Shown in pieces: positions 1 to 13,125 of a stretch of DNA of 64,000 nucleotides. The stretch's first letter is position 1. Every line of letters starts with the position of its first letter. Made by a program: the position numbers and the translations under genes. Origin of the DNA: Chrysomallon squamiferum (taxonomy: Eukaryota; Animalia; Mollusca). Location: the NCBI GenBank assembly GCA_012295275.1, contig CM022671.1, positions 20,522,001 through 20,586,000 on the forward strand. Direction: 5' to 3'. The notes under the pieces are model-generated. The model ran no database searches, was not told where the DNA came from, and saw only the letters and a list, made by a program, of their open reading frames with translations.

Positions 1-40
1 CACATAATTGCATACATACATGCACACACCCAAACACCCA

Positions 41-176
41 CAGTCTATTTTCAAGAAGGCCTTTTGGTTGAATAGGAATTGTCAAATGTCAGGAAAAGAA
101 TTTTGGGTAATAGTCTATATATAGACATACCCATACATACTTACATACATTCATACTTAGATGTACCACATACATT

Positions 177-207
<31 letters not shown>

Positions 208-1040
208 CACACACACACACACATACATACACCTGTATGTACATACATATGTAAATGCACACAAAAAGAAAGAATGACCTCTGATGATGTGTCACTGTAT
301 TTTAGTTCCTGCTATACTGTAATGCAAACCAGTCTTGTACATTTGCATATATAAATATGTCCATGTAGATGTGTTGTATAGGTATCTCTGAATTACAACA
401 TTAATGTGATTCTGACCTTGAAATACTTCGAGGAATATTTTTTTAAAGAAAACAAAATACTGAAAGGTTAAAAATTCTAAAAAGGTTTTGTAACAGTAAA
501 AAGCTGTTGTGGTAGTGGTGGGAAAATTCACACTTTGAGCATTGACTTGTCTGATGAGCTCTCCTTGAGCAGTAAACATGATAGATTTTCTACAGCGTAA
601 ACTGCCCTGAAAATCAATACATCAGTTCGGAATAGCCTACATAGTCACACTTCTTAAACATATTTACTTTAGACATATGCACAGGGCTGCAGATACTTGT
701 TGGTTGAATACTCTGCTATTAGGAAGGCTGTTGGTTAAATAGTCCTATTTCAGGAACAGAATAATTGCTGAAAAGTCTGTATTCAGGAAGGCCTGTTGTT
801 TGAGCAATCCACTGTGAGGAAAAGCATACTGGATGAATAGCTTGCTTTGTGAAAAACCTGTTGGCTGAATCGGCCAATTTCAGGAATAAAATATTGGCTG
901 AATAGACTGCTTTCAGGACTGCCTTTTGGCTGAATATGAATTGTCCAATGTCAGGAAAACTATTTTGGGTAATACTCTCGATAAGGCCTGTTAGCTGAGT
1001 AGCTTGTTGTCAGAAAAGCAAGCCTGTTGGCCAAATGGCC
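41..1040. repeat. Degenerate ~31-bp tandem repeat (about 695-1040) with a detached ~75-bp copy at 41-117
   Basis: A unit like tgttggctgaatagtctgctttcaggaaggcc recurs about 10 times at 695-1040. Segment 41-117 (ccttttggttgaataggaattgtcaaatgtcaggaaaagaattttgggtaata) closely matches ~903-978. Confidence 0.75.
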
Positions 1041-1636
1041 CTGTTACATTACAGTATGGAGGCTAAAATACTTTATTATTAGCAAAGGTATAGACAGAAT
1101 TTCTTAATATTCTTCATATGATGATAATTTGTTTTATCAGAAAACAAATGAAATCTGCCTATATATGAATTTATGTAATAAAACTAGAAACTAGTTCACT
1201 ATGACATTTAATTTATTTGTAACATTATCCCAAAACAATGTTACACAGAAACTTTTAATATATCTGATTGTGATTCTGACTGTCATTTCTGAAATGCTAT
1301 CTGAAACAACAGGCAACAAGTTTTATGACTAATTTGACATCCATCATCGATTGGTGTTAGAATTGGACATGGAGGAAGGTGGTGGTCATTTTTCACCTTA
1401 TAAAATAGTTAAAAATTTAAAAAGTCTATAATAAATAATTAATGTGATTTCAGTTTTGAAGAAATTTATTTGTCTCAGTGTTAAGATGCAGAATTAAGAC
1501 ACACCATTGAAAATAGCATACAGAAGACTAGATGACAGCAAATTAAAGAAGTGCTTAAAATTTTATCGTAATGTTAAAACATAAACTCACCATCCCCATA
1601 TGCACACACACACATCATACATACATTCATACATCC

Positions 1637-1667
<31 letters not shown>

Positions 1668-2138
1668 TACACACACATATACATGTGTGTGTGTACATTA
1701 TCATTTAGATTTTTTTATTTTATTTCTACTTTATGTTTAAAAATAACATGAATGGTTTTAAAAACATAATCAGACAGGGATTAGTGTTATTCATATAGAA
1801 TATAGCATTCACATGCTATTTTTGTCAATCACAAATCTCTTCTGCGGCTTAATGTACAGATTTAGACTTGCATGTAGGGTTTATTTTACCGGCAATATTT
1901 CTGACTATTTGTAAACATCAGCAGCATCAGCAGTAATTCATAACCATGTCACAGTTTGATTTGATTCAGTACATATAGTAATCTGTAGCTTAATGTCGCC
2001 AACGCACAGTTACCAACATGGAACTCAGCAGTTGGTCAAGCTAATTACTGCCCTTTTGATGCACTCTTTAGGTGACAATTAATGCTTTTGTTATGTGTGA
2101 GTGTGATGTTTGCTTCATAAAGGCATATGGATTTGAAT

Positions 2139-2169
<31 letters not shown>

Positions 2170-5100
2170 TCTATTTATGTGTTTGTTTGATTGTTTCATA
2201 TTGTTGTTATTATCGTTATATAAATTATTTTCATTTATAATAAACATAATAAAATAATAATATATAATAATATAATAATCTATTATTATTATTATTATTA
2301 TCATTTTATCATTATTTACTAGATTTATTATTATAATTATTATTATGTGGCTTTGTCTTTATTTATAAGACTGCTTCAATTTTATTGATACATAAATTTG
2401 TTTTGCAGCTACATTTAGGACATATTTTAATTAATATTTATTTATTTGAAAATTAATTTTTTTTGCAACATCTGTTGATATCGGATCTGTGTTATATGGT
2501 ATTCATGATAAACAGCAACATTTCATCTTTTTCTAAGCATAAAGTCACACAAATATACACAAAGAAAATATGCCTACTCACATGCACACATCCACTCACA
2601 TATGCATAGTTACATACATATATGCATACAGACAAATATACATACATATATACATAAACATATGAATATATGCATACATACATACAAAAATACGTACCTA
2701 TCAGACATTGAAATGCATGTATACAATTCAAACAATGTAGATAAAACACACACACACACACACCATAAATATAACAAAGCATAGCATAACATAACAGAAC
2801 ACGACACATAATAACATAATATACATTAATTCATCCACTTACTTATCAATACACAATTAATAAGAAATCTTCTCTAGTTGTCATGGTGAATTTTTATTTA
2901 TTCTTTGTAAACACATCTGCTGTATAAAGGCAGTCATCTGAGATTTTCCAATGTCTTCTTGCTGCAAATGAACATGGCACTAGTTAATGAATTCAATACT
3001 CTAACCTGTCTTTAGCCAGCCAGAGTTAATGTCACAAGTTTATTGAATTTCTCCATACAGTTTGACATCTGCAGATTCTACACATTCTAATATATACCAT
3101 CCTTGAAGTCATCTGTAATTTATTTACATAAATCATTATTTTAACATTCAAAATTGCATGCTTGAGACTTCAACATTTCTTTTTAACTCATGAATTATCC
3201 AGATTTCTTTATCATTTTATTCTTTATTACTTTTATTACTGTTGTTGTTGTTGTTGTTGTTGATCTTCTCCTTCTTCTTCTTCTTCTTCTTATTATAATT
3301 TATTATGGCTCTCTTTTTCTCATTTTTTTTTCTGCCTTCCATTTCTATAGAAACAAATTATTTGTTCTGTAAAAACTGAGCTATTTACATTTATATCATT
3401 ATTTTTAGTGTTGTTCTGTTTATTTGACATTTCAAAAGATTAAAGTTTTTTTTCACATCACTGAAACACAATTTATTTTGTGTCTGCCTGTATCCATTGT
3501 TCTGGTGTTTAATAGAAAAACAAATATTTTGCTTTACAAAATTTAGTTATTTACCTTTGTTACCTGAATCTTTGTTTTTCAAGGGATCTAGGATTAAATA
3601 TATCAGAAGGAAGAAAAATATTTATTTTAAAAATTCAATGATTTACTGTTGAATCATTATTTTTTTAAAAATAAATATATAATTAAATGTGTATTATATT
3701 TTTGTAGAATAATAATAAAAAAGTTATTTTCAAAGATTCAATGATTTACCTGTGAATCTTTGTTTTACAACTCACATGTAGTTTATTTTGGATTCAAAAG
3801 ATAATAAAAAAAGTTTTTTTTAAAAATTTTATCAGTATGTGTTTCTGCTCTTCTGGCAACTGTTTAAAATAAATAATAATAAATAAATAAAATATTTATT
3901 TTATTAAAGTCATTTTTCTATTTTCTTTAGTGCACAAGTTTTATGGCTAACATCTTATTCAGATATTTATGAAAATGAAAGATGTGGAGCTGATGCAATA
4001 GATAGGGATTAAAAATTCAAAATGGCTGACTTTCAAAAATGTGTATGTCTGCTATTTTAATAAAAATCTTATCATGTTAAAACGAATCAATAAATTCATC
4101 TATAAATTTATGTTTTGTTTAATATACAAAATGTGATTTATTTTGAGATAATTAGTGAATTAGATTATCAGTGACATTGTTGGAAATAATTACTACACTC
4201 CCCTAAGAATGTGTATTTTAAACAATTTTACTTGAGTTGTTGAATTTCATCAGATAAATATAAATACTATTGATCATAAATAATAATTTCTTTTAATACA
4301 AATTGTTATTTGCTTTATGTCTGATAATGCTAAACTCAGTGTTTGACACCTAATAACTTTTAACATGAAAACAGGGCATCATCTAAATAAGGATATATTT
4401 TCTTGCTATAAATCTCATCTGATTTTAGCATATTGTAATATAGTTTTTTGTTTGTTTTGTTTTGGGTTATTTTTAAATTAGATCATGTGTATTGTAATAC
4501 ACATACTCGTGACTTCTGATTAAAAAAATCCCAAATCAAAAGAAAGTCGATAAAGACAAAGTGTTTATTTCCCTTGATGTTCACTATAAGTATGATGGAA
4601 TTTTACAAACTGACAGACACTTTCTTTTATAATGAAAATAACTAATTCAATTTTTAAATTTGACTTTTTACATTTTTCTTTTTTTTAATAATTGGATGTA
4701 TCAGACTGTCATTCAAACAGAGAACATTTCAGCCACAAATATAACAACATTTTGTTACAACAAGGGAACTGAATCAATAGCTGTGCTGACAGTTTTAGGG
4801 TTAATGGCTTGTTCAGAACCCATCTTTCCAGCCCGTATGTACAAGTCCACCAATATACATGCTTCGATTGATTATTGTAGATGGCGTGCTGGCACTGAGC
4901 ACAGATAAATTCATGTACAATCTGTCCACAGTATAATCAAGTCCTGGCTTCGTTATTAGTACGTACCAAAATCACTTAGAACCAGTTGACTCCTTGTTTT
5001 TTTTTCTCCCCACTTCTTTGCTGTGGCTGTTGTCGTAGTCGTATATAATGTCAGCTGTTATCCCTGCACCTGGGGCAGCCTAACACATCAAAGAGAGTGG

Positions 5101-8100
5101 AAGAATTCCCTAGCTGTGACTCACTTAATAGCTGACCCTTTCATAGAGCAGTGGTGGTGGTGATCACGAAATGGGTTCTATCAATAGAAGAAACAAGGTC
5201 AAGCAATTGACAGGTAAGAGTAACTTTGATGGTATGCCAACAGTAGTCAGTGGAGAAAGAGAAACATGTGACATTTAAAAAAAAATATATATAATATTTT
5301 TCTCTGTAAGCACGATTTCATTTGAAATTTGATGCATTTTCAAGAATCGTACATTCTGGTTACCTATGTGGAAGCATGTGACAGAAAATCATAATGTTTA
5401 TTTTGTGAATGTGAAGGGTTTGTGAATCTAGTGTTGATTTTCTCCCAGTCTTGTTTTCATAGTAAGTAAATATATTTCAAAAGTTAGTAAATGCAGTTAC
5501 TTCTTGATTACCTGATATTATTTGAATTAGTGGTTTAATTTTTGTTCAAGTACAAAACAAATGTATTATTAATAGTAGTATTATTTCAATTGTATTTAAT
5601 ATTATTATTAATATTTTTGAAGCATAAATATATCAGAAAATTTACTTAATAACAATAATAATAAAAACTAGCAAATGACAATAACAATAATAATATTTAT
5701 TATTATTAAATTTTGTAATTAAAAAATCAATCATTTATTTTGACCTCATAAAATTTTTATATTCAAGTTCAAATTAGCAAAAAAAACAAATTTATCTCAT
5801 ATTTTATACATATAAATAATTAATAACTGTCCCATATTTATTTGTTTATTTATTTTTATTGAGTTTCTTGTGACAAATATTGATTAGCTAATAACTATAT
5901 ACAATTTAGCATTAATAATTGAATATTTGTTTATTTAGCAGTAAATAATCACATATTTGTCTATGTAATATTGAATAATATACATTTATTTAGTATTAAG
6001 TAATAATTACATACAGTTATTTAATATTAATTGATACAGGTAACAGATCTGTTTACACCAAAGGTGACCCAGATAATTTCAGTTTCCAGTTTTCTGGACC
6101 AAGGCATAATATATATCTAAAATAATTATTGAAAGGTAAAGATCAAAATTAAAATGTTTCTAAAATCAGTTTTTGGAAGCTGGATTATTACACTGAAAAT
6201 TGTAGTTCATGTGTGTGTGTGTGTAATATCTCAGTACATAAATTATTTGATTAAATCAATAAATATCAATTATAATTGTTTTTGTTTTTGTTTTTGACTT
6301 AATAGTACATATTTTTATATTGTTTTTACTTTTATTAATTATTTCATTTTTTGTTTTACCTTCTTTTTTAATTCAATCTTTGAAGTATCCAGTTTTCCTT
6401 TCTAATATTTCCATTCAGGTATTTATTAACAGTATAATTAACATTCTCTTTTTACTTTGGTAACTTTATCTCAGTTGACTATAAAAATCAATGAACTGAA
6501 ATTTTATGTGTATGGGGAGTGTGTGTGTGTGTTTGCCATATCAGTCCTATGTATGATACATATATCTGTAATCTGTAAATAGGTGTAAGTAAAAAGTTTC
6601 TGAGTCAGTGTTGAACTGGTGTTTATTTGACATCCTGATATGTGAAAGTGTCAGCTTATTGAATATCTAACAGAACTGTTTTATTGGTTGAACTTACTTC
6701 TGTTTTGTTTCCTTGTACTATCTTCCCCTAAAACTTTCCCTCAGAATAAATCAAACATGAAATGTAGATAAACAGAGGACAAACTGTGTATGTATTTTTA
6801 GATAAACCAAAAAAACCCCAAACAACTCCAAAGTTCCACAACAATAAATAAACAACACAACAAAATAATAAAATAACATCAAAATAAACAAAAACAAAGC
6901 AATAACTAGTTGATACTTACATTTCTTCATTGATGAATGACACATTATATCATTATTATTACTATTATTATTATTGTTACATTCTTGTCACTGTCATTAT
7001 TATTGTTGTTATTAATATAATTTTTAAATGTCTCTGAATTATTTTATTCTTTAGAGTTCAAAGCAATTTAAAAAAAAATATAAACATAAAAACATGTTTC
7101 CATTCTGTTTATTATTTATTGCTAGGAATGCAGTCATCCATATTCATTAAGGTATAAACTACTCACAGCTATGAATATTCATGAGGATTATCTAGTATTC
7201 ATATTTTTACATAACACGGTTTCAGTCTGATTGCATTTTGAGACTCTCAATTTGTAATCTTTATGTTTTAATTAGCATAGCAAGGAGAATCCCTCTTGAA
7301 GTACTGCTCATTTGTTTCATCTTCTCAGTAGTATAATTTAGAAGAAAAAAAAAAAAATGAAGGCAGCTCCAGAAAAAAAGATCAGGAGTGGTTAATGGTT
7401 GAGACATTTGAGGATTTAAAAAAATATATATTATTATTATTATTATTTCTTAATTATTGTTTTAGTTAGCATTGAGCATGAGAGAAACTCAATGAGTTGA
7501 TAATAGGTTGATTTTATTTTGTTATTACAGTTTCTTTTTTCAGAACTGTTTTAATTAGCAGTAAGTTTATGAAAGGAAAATAATTTAAAAATTTATCATT
7601 ATTGACTCTGAGAGTTCCAAAATATGTGTAAATAATTTTGTGATGTGTGTGAGTTAGTGTGAATATGTGTTTATGTTTGCATATAGATATACATGTATAT
7701 GTATGTGAATGTTTGAATGCATGGATATATATATCAGATTTTTGTGTGTGTTTGCATTAGTGACATCTTTTATTCATTACTAGCAGAGGTCCATCAAGGA
7801 CTTTGTGGAGAAGTGGTGCCATAGATATAGTGGAGATATTTTTCAAGATGATCTATATTTCATTATTAATGAAGAAAAACAAAAAATAAATGAAGTGAAA
7901 GGCATATATTCTGGACACACCATCCCTGGATTTGCATGAATATGGAATGTATGCATTCATGTTACTTAATGTCCTAAAGTAAAAGAGTTTCATGCATGAT
8001 TTTGTTTATTTTGGATCAGTAAGCTGTCACAAATAACTGATAGAACCGATAGAAGAAAATCAGCACACATTATAGAAAGCTGATGAGAAAGACATCTGTC

Positions 8101-8537
8101 ATTCACACATAGTGAGCCACTAAGTTCCAAAATAAGCTGAATAAGCAATGTGTTGCATAGCAGGCTATGGTTTAATAGTCACAGCATTAGTCTAAGCTGT
8201 AACAGATCATTTCTTCCCCAGGAGTCCGTCTATTGGGCAATTTCCTATTCTCTTTATAGTGACCCTTGATTGTTTTAGCAAAGGCTGTGATTTTAGCTCT
8301 CCGAGTTTTAAATAAAAGTCCCTTGCTGCTAATTAGTAATGTTCTTGATTTCTACTCAAGATACTGTGGGTTGTTGTATCAATAAAGCTTGGTGGGCCCA
8401 TATGATTATTTCCTGTTTTAGGCAGTGCTCCACAACTGATGCAAGAAAGTCTGTGTATGAACTATCCTGTGTATGGGAGATTGCATATAAAAATAGTCCA
8501 TTGCTGCTATTTATAAATGGTTGGTTACAAATAGCCA

Positions 8538-8662
8538 AATAACGGTTACATGCATCATGGATACTTATTCTACCTCTAAATGGTTGCATGCATCATGAAT
8601 ACTTGTTATAGCATCAAAATGGTTACAGGCATCATGGGTATTTATTATTGCTCTAAATGGTA
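8538..8662. repeat. Degenerate ~38-bp tandem repeat, about 3 copies
   Basis: An aaatggttacatgcatcatggatacttatt-like unit occurs three times. Confidence 0.75.
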
Positions 8663-9033
8663 GGATACTGCTTGGTTACAACTACTGGATTCTTCTGGTT
8701 TTGGTTCAAGGATAATGATTGTAGATTAATACAGTTTGCGATATATGTTGATAGTAAATTAAGTTTGATTCTTGGTGAATCAGCAGGAGATGACATTCAG
8801 GTAACAGCAGGTTTCTGTTCTGTTACTAATATCACTCCCACTAAGCATGTCACTGACTGCTGCTGGTTTGTTTAACAACACAAACAGCTGCTGGCCATTG
8901 ATACATCTGTGTAGTTTGTTGTTTATAAATTGATTTATTTCTTTCCTCCTGAAATAGGCATATATTGTTTGTTTGTTTTGAGGGTAGATTTTTTTTTTTT
9001 TGTAATACAAAATGAAAAGATGCCAAAAATTGA

Positions 9034-9149
<116 letters not shown>

Positions 9150-10096
9150 CTCTCTCCCCTTCTTTAAAAACACAAATGCTGCTATATCCAGAGTATATAT
9201 ATCTCTCTCTCACACACACACATGCATAAAGGAGATATCTAAACCTACATATGAACAACACAAATACATACTGTACACAGATATATATATATTTATGCTT
9301 ATTGCAAAGACATGTACACAGAAATTAATTCAGAACATTAGAATACACACAGACACATAGGCACACACTCACACACAGTCATAGATCACATTTAGAATGC
9401 AGCATAATTGGCACAAAGCTGAGAGGATGTGGATGAGGCAGTCAGGCCTTGAATTAGTTGGGGCTATTTAAATAATTGATTGTGTTGTCTTCATTTGGGA
9501 TGCTCCCAGTGTTTTCACTGTGACACTTGCTGTCAGATCCCATCTACATCTCACTATGATAAACTGGCTTCATGGTGAAACCCTGTCACTTTGTTTGGGT
9601 GGAAACCATAAAGAGACACATTTCTGGTAATTCTCTTGAGGCAGTACACAGGGATATGGAATTCATTGCCTTTTGCTTCAGCATTTTATAGGGGCAACCT
9701 TTAACTTCTGGCTTAGACCACAGATTATGTTTTCTTGGTTAGAAAAAAGGCTTTTGCTTCTTGGATATCCACAAACTGTTGCATCTTGGTTAAAGCCAGG
9801 CTATCTTTCTTTGGTTAAGCTGCAGACGTTATTCCTTGGTTAAGCTGCATGTTGTTGCTCCTTGGTTCTAGCTTTTCAAACCATAGGCTACTGGACTGAA
9901 GGCTTGATGTTTCCACTGGGCTATTACCCATTTCAGTTACTGTTCAAATGCAAATATATCAAAGAGCATGATATGTGCTTACTCAACTGTTGGAACATAT
10001 CTATAATTGTTGCAAGAATTCTTTCATTTATTTGTTACAGTCAAGATGTTAGTACTTCTTCATTTCTTCATCTGTTCACTCATTATATTCTTTATA

Positions 10097-10304
10097 TTGA
10101 AATCTCTTGCATATATTTTAAATAGTATATGATACTTGTATATGTGCCCACAGAATATATTGTATTCCTGATATAACACCACTGGGCTTGATGTTCATAA
10201 CATAAAACTTATTCCTCCATGTTGAAATTTCTTGCATATATTTTAAACAGTATATGATGCTTATATTTGTGCCTAGATGAATGTATTGTATTCCTGATAT
10301 AACA
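10097..10304. repeat. Local direct duplication of ~82 bp (10097-10178 and 10222-10304)
   Basis: ttgaaatctcttgcatatattttaaatagtatatgatac...tattgtattcctgatataaca is repeated with a few substitutions. Confidence 0.85.
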
Positions 10305-12356
10305 ACAAAGTGAATCTTACAGAGTAAAGTTTTGTTTTATTGAAGTTTCAAAAGTTATCAAAGCATTTTATTGCTTTGAATCAATTTTGAATTGCTTTTA
10401 TACATCATCCTTTTACAATTATCTTTTACTGTTCACATATGGCATTTTTATGTTATTATTATATTTTATTATCATTTTTTTCAAAAAATATATTCTTTCA
10501 AAAGAAATGGTTGTTAAAGTTGTTAACTGAATATTTTTATTTAAACTATCTTGTTTTTTGTTGTTGTTGAAAGTAAATTACAATAAAAAAAATAGCTTTA
10601 TATGATAAATATTAATTATTTGCTGACACATTATATTTTTTTTTTTGTATAAAGATATTTTAAAACAAAACACCATTGCAAATAATAATAATAATAGCAA
10701 CAACAACAACAATAATAACAAAATATAGCTATTTAGCTATCTATTCATCCAGGTCATTAGTGGTTTTCAAATTTATATTTATTTATTTTATTATTATTAT
10801 TATTTTTTCTCTCTCTCATTTGTAGGTATTTGTGTTATCATTATTCTTATTGCCACAGTTGATGATCATGCTCTAAAACCCCCTGCTGTTCAGTCACATG
10901 ATTCATTAGTTATCTATCAAAGTGATGAATATTTACAGCCATGTCAAATTACCCCCAACCATTTTAGATTACTGATAGATAAAAGAAACAAGAAACTGGC
11001 TCACTTGTCACTGGTAATACAGAGTTGGTTAGCACCATTTACATAGATAAATGGACTCTGAGGATGATCTGAGAGAGACCTTATTAAAATTACGGTCATG
11101 TGTCATTATAAAGAAGAATGCCTGTACAGTCAGTTTAATTGGCGGCCATGTGGTCACATTGTCAGCCTAAAGACTGCCACAGACTGGACCAGCACTGCTT
11201 AAGCTGTAGAGTTTATCACCTGTGGGTGAATGAAATTATTTTGGGGTGAATAAAGCTAGAGAGATGAACAAAGGGTGAATGAAACAAAGGGTAAAAGGCT
11301 TAATTTTTACTCAGATTTGTATTTTCTTATTTTTTTTGTTGAAATTTTTTAGGTACTTTAAAAAGAGGACTAATTTGTTTCTGTGAATATGATGCAAAGA
11401 TTGTTCTTTAATAATTTCATTTTATGTAAACTAGAAAGATTTCTAATAATATATCTGCGGTAATTTTCTTTGTTATAGGTAACTTCTATTCATAACCTAT
11501 TTTAAAAATGTTCAGAAAATTAAATAAAATAAATACTTAATAAATCGGTTAATATAATTATATTTTGAATATTACAAAATAAATTATAAATAAAATATAT
11601 ACCACAAAGATGAGGAAATTTAATCATAGCTGATTGACATCTTTTAATAAAGACTTAAAAGAAAACGACACTGAAATAGTTTAGAAGCAATGGACATAAA
11701 TTACCCAACAGCAAATAAGATGATTCAGCAAAATCTTTTTCCCATTTGAAAATATATGTAATGACAGTATCTTGATCAATGTTCAAATGTGCTGTATATG
11801 CCATGGACTAAAAAATAGTTATTAGTTCTCTGAACTCACAGGAAAGAAGATAATTCAGAAGAATCTCTTTCCTTGTTACAGTGATCCATCCACAAAATGT
11901 CAGTATCCTTGTACAGATTCATTTATGTTGTATCTGACATGGGTTCCTGAACATCTATTAGTTTTGTTAAGCTCATAAAAAAACAATTAAATGATAAAAA
12001 TATAGAATCATGTCCTATCATGTCCTTTGTGTTACTTGCTTTTTTTTCTTATTTAAATATATTGTATTCAACACAGTTGAATTAATCTTCACCCTGAATC
12101 ATATAGTTGTTAATCACACTCATAAGAAACAGTTAAACAAAAAAATGTAATGTATTGTATAATTATATATATTTGTTATTTAATGTTTGTATCTGGTTTA
12201 GGCTTAGGTATGTATACCTTATTGGACATTTTTTAGAACTATTTTTTGTCAGCTGAATTTATAAGTAACAGTTGATGATGAAGATGCAACATTTTTCATA
12301 TTTATATTTTCATAATATATACATACATCCCATACAAGCATGGACACACATACCAA

Positions 12357-12360
<4 letters not shown>

Positions 12361-12395
<35 letters not shown>

Positions 12396-12397
12396 CT

Positions 12398-12467
<70 letters not shown>

Positions 12468-12472
12468 AAACA

Positions 12473-12506
<34 letters not shown>
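12361..12506. repeat. Compound (CA)n-(CT)n-(CA)n microsatellite
   Basis: Seen directly. Confidence 0.97.
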
Positions 12507-12508
<2 letters not shown>

Positions 12509-13079
12509 TACAATATAATACCAGGCATATATAATACAGTACAATATAATACCTGGCAGGCATATTGAGCAGGTGATTCATTACTGTTTGGTGATATGTA
12601 ATACATATTTTCTATCTCCTTGATGTTGTTTTACCTTGTTTTCTATTGTTTTACAAATGGCCTACCCAGCTTTTCTGACACTGGTCTTCTGAGACCCATT
12701 TATCAGTACATTTCTTTACTTTGATTAATAACAGTCTTGTTCAGACAGCTTATTTTAATTTACATACATTCACAGTATTCATGTATGGTATCAACTCTTT
12801 TCTTCACAAATATGGTGTTTTCTTTCTTTTTGTTCTCATCATTGTGGAACAGGAATTTTTTATAAACAAATGATTTTTTTTTTTTTTTGAATGATTTAAA
12901 AAAAAAAAAAATTGTTATATTTTTAAATCGAAAATTAAAAGCTGTTATTGGTTTTCTGTACAGCTTATGTCTAGATAAGATAAGAGCCTTTATGTAGGAA
13001 GTGCATAAACAGTTAATGGATCTGTTGTAAAATATATCTGTGGGTGCAGCTGAAATAAGCAGCAAATATAGGATTTTCT

Positions 13080-13125
<46 letters not shown>

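Noticed and set aside
292-606. Minus-strand exon candidate GSLRCRKSIMFTAQGELIRQVNAQSVNF
   Set aside because: The acceptor is plausible, but there is no convincing donor, no partner exon and no recognisable homology.
8711-8800. Plus-strand exon candidate ending at CAG|gtaaca
   Set aside because: The acceptor is a weak AAG and the segment adjoins a decayed tandem repeat, so support is insufficient.
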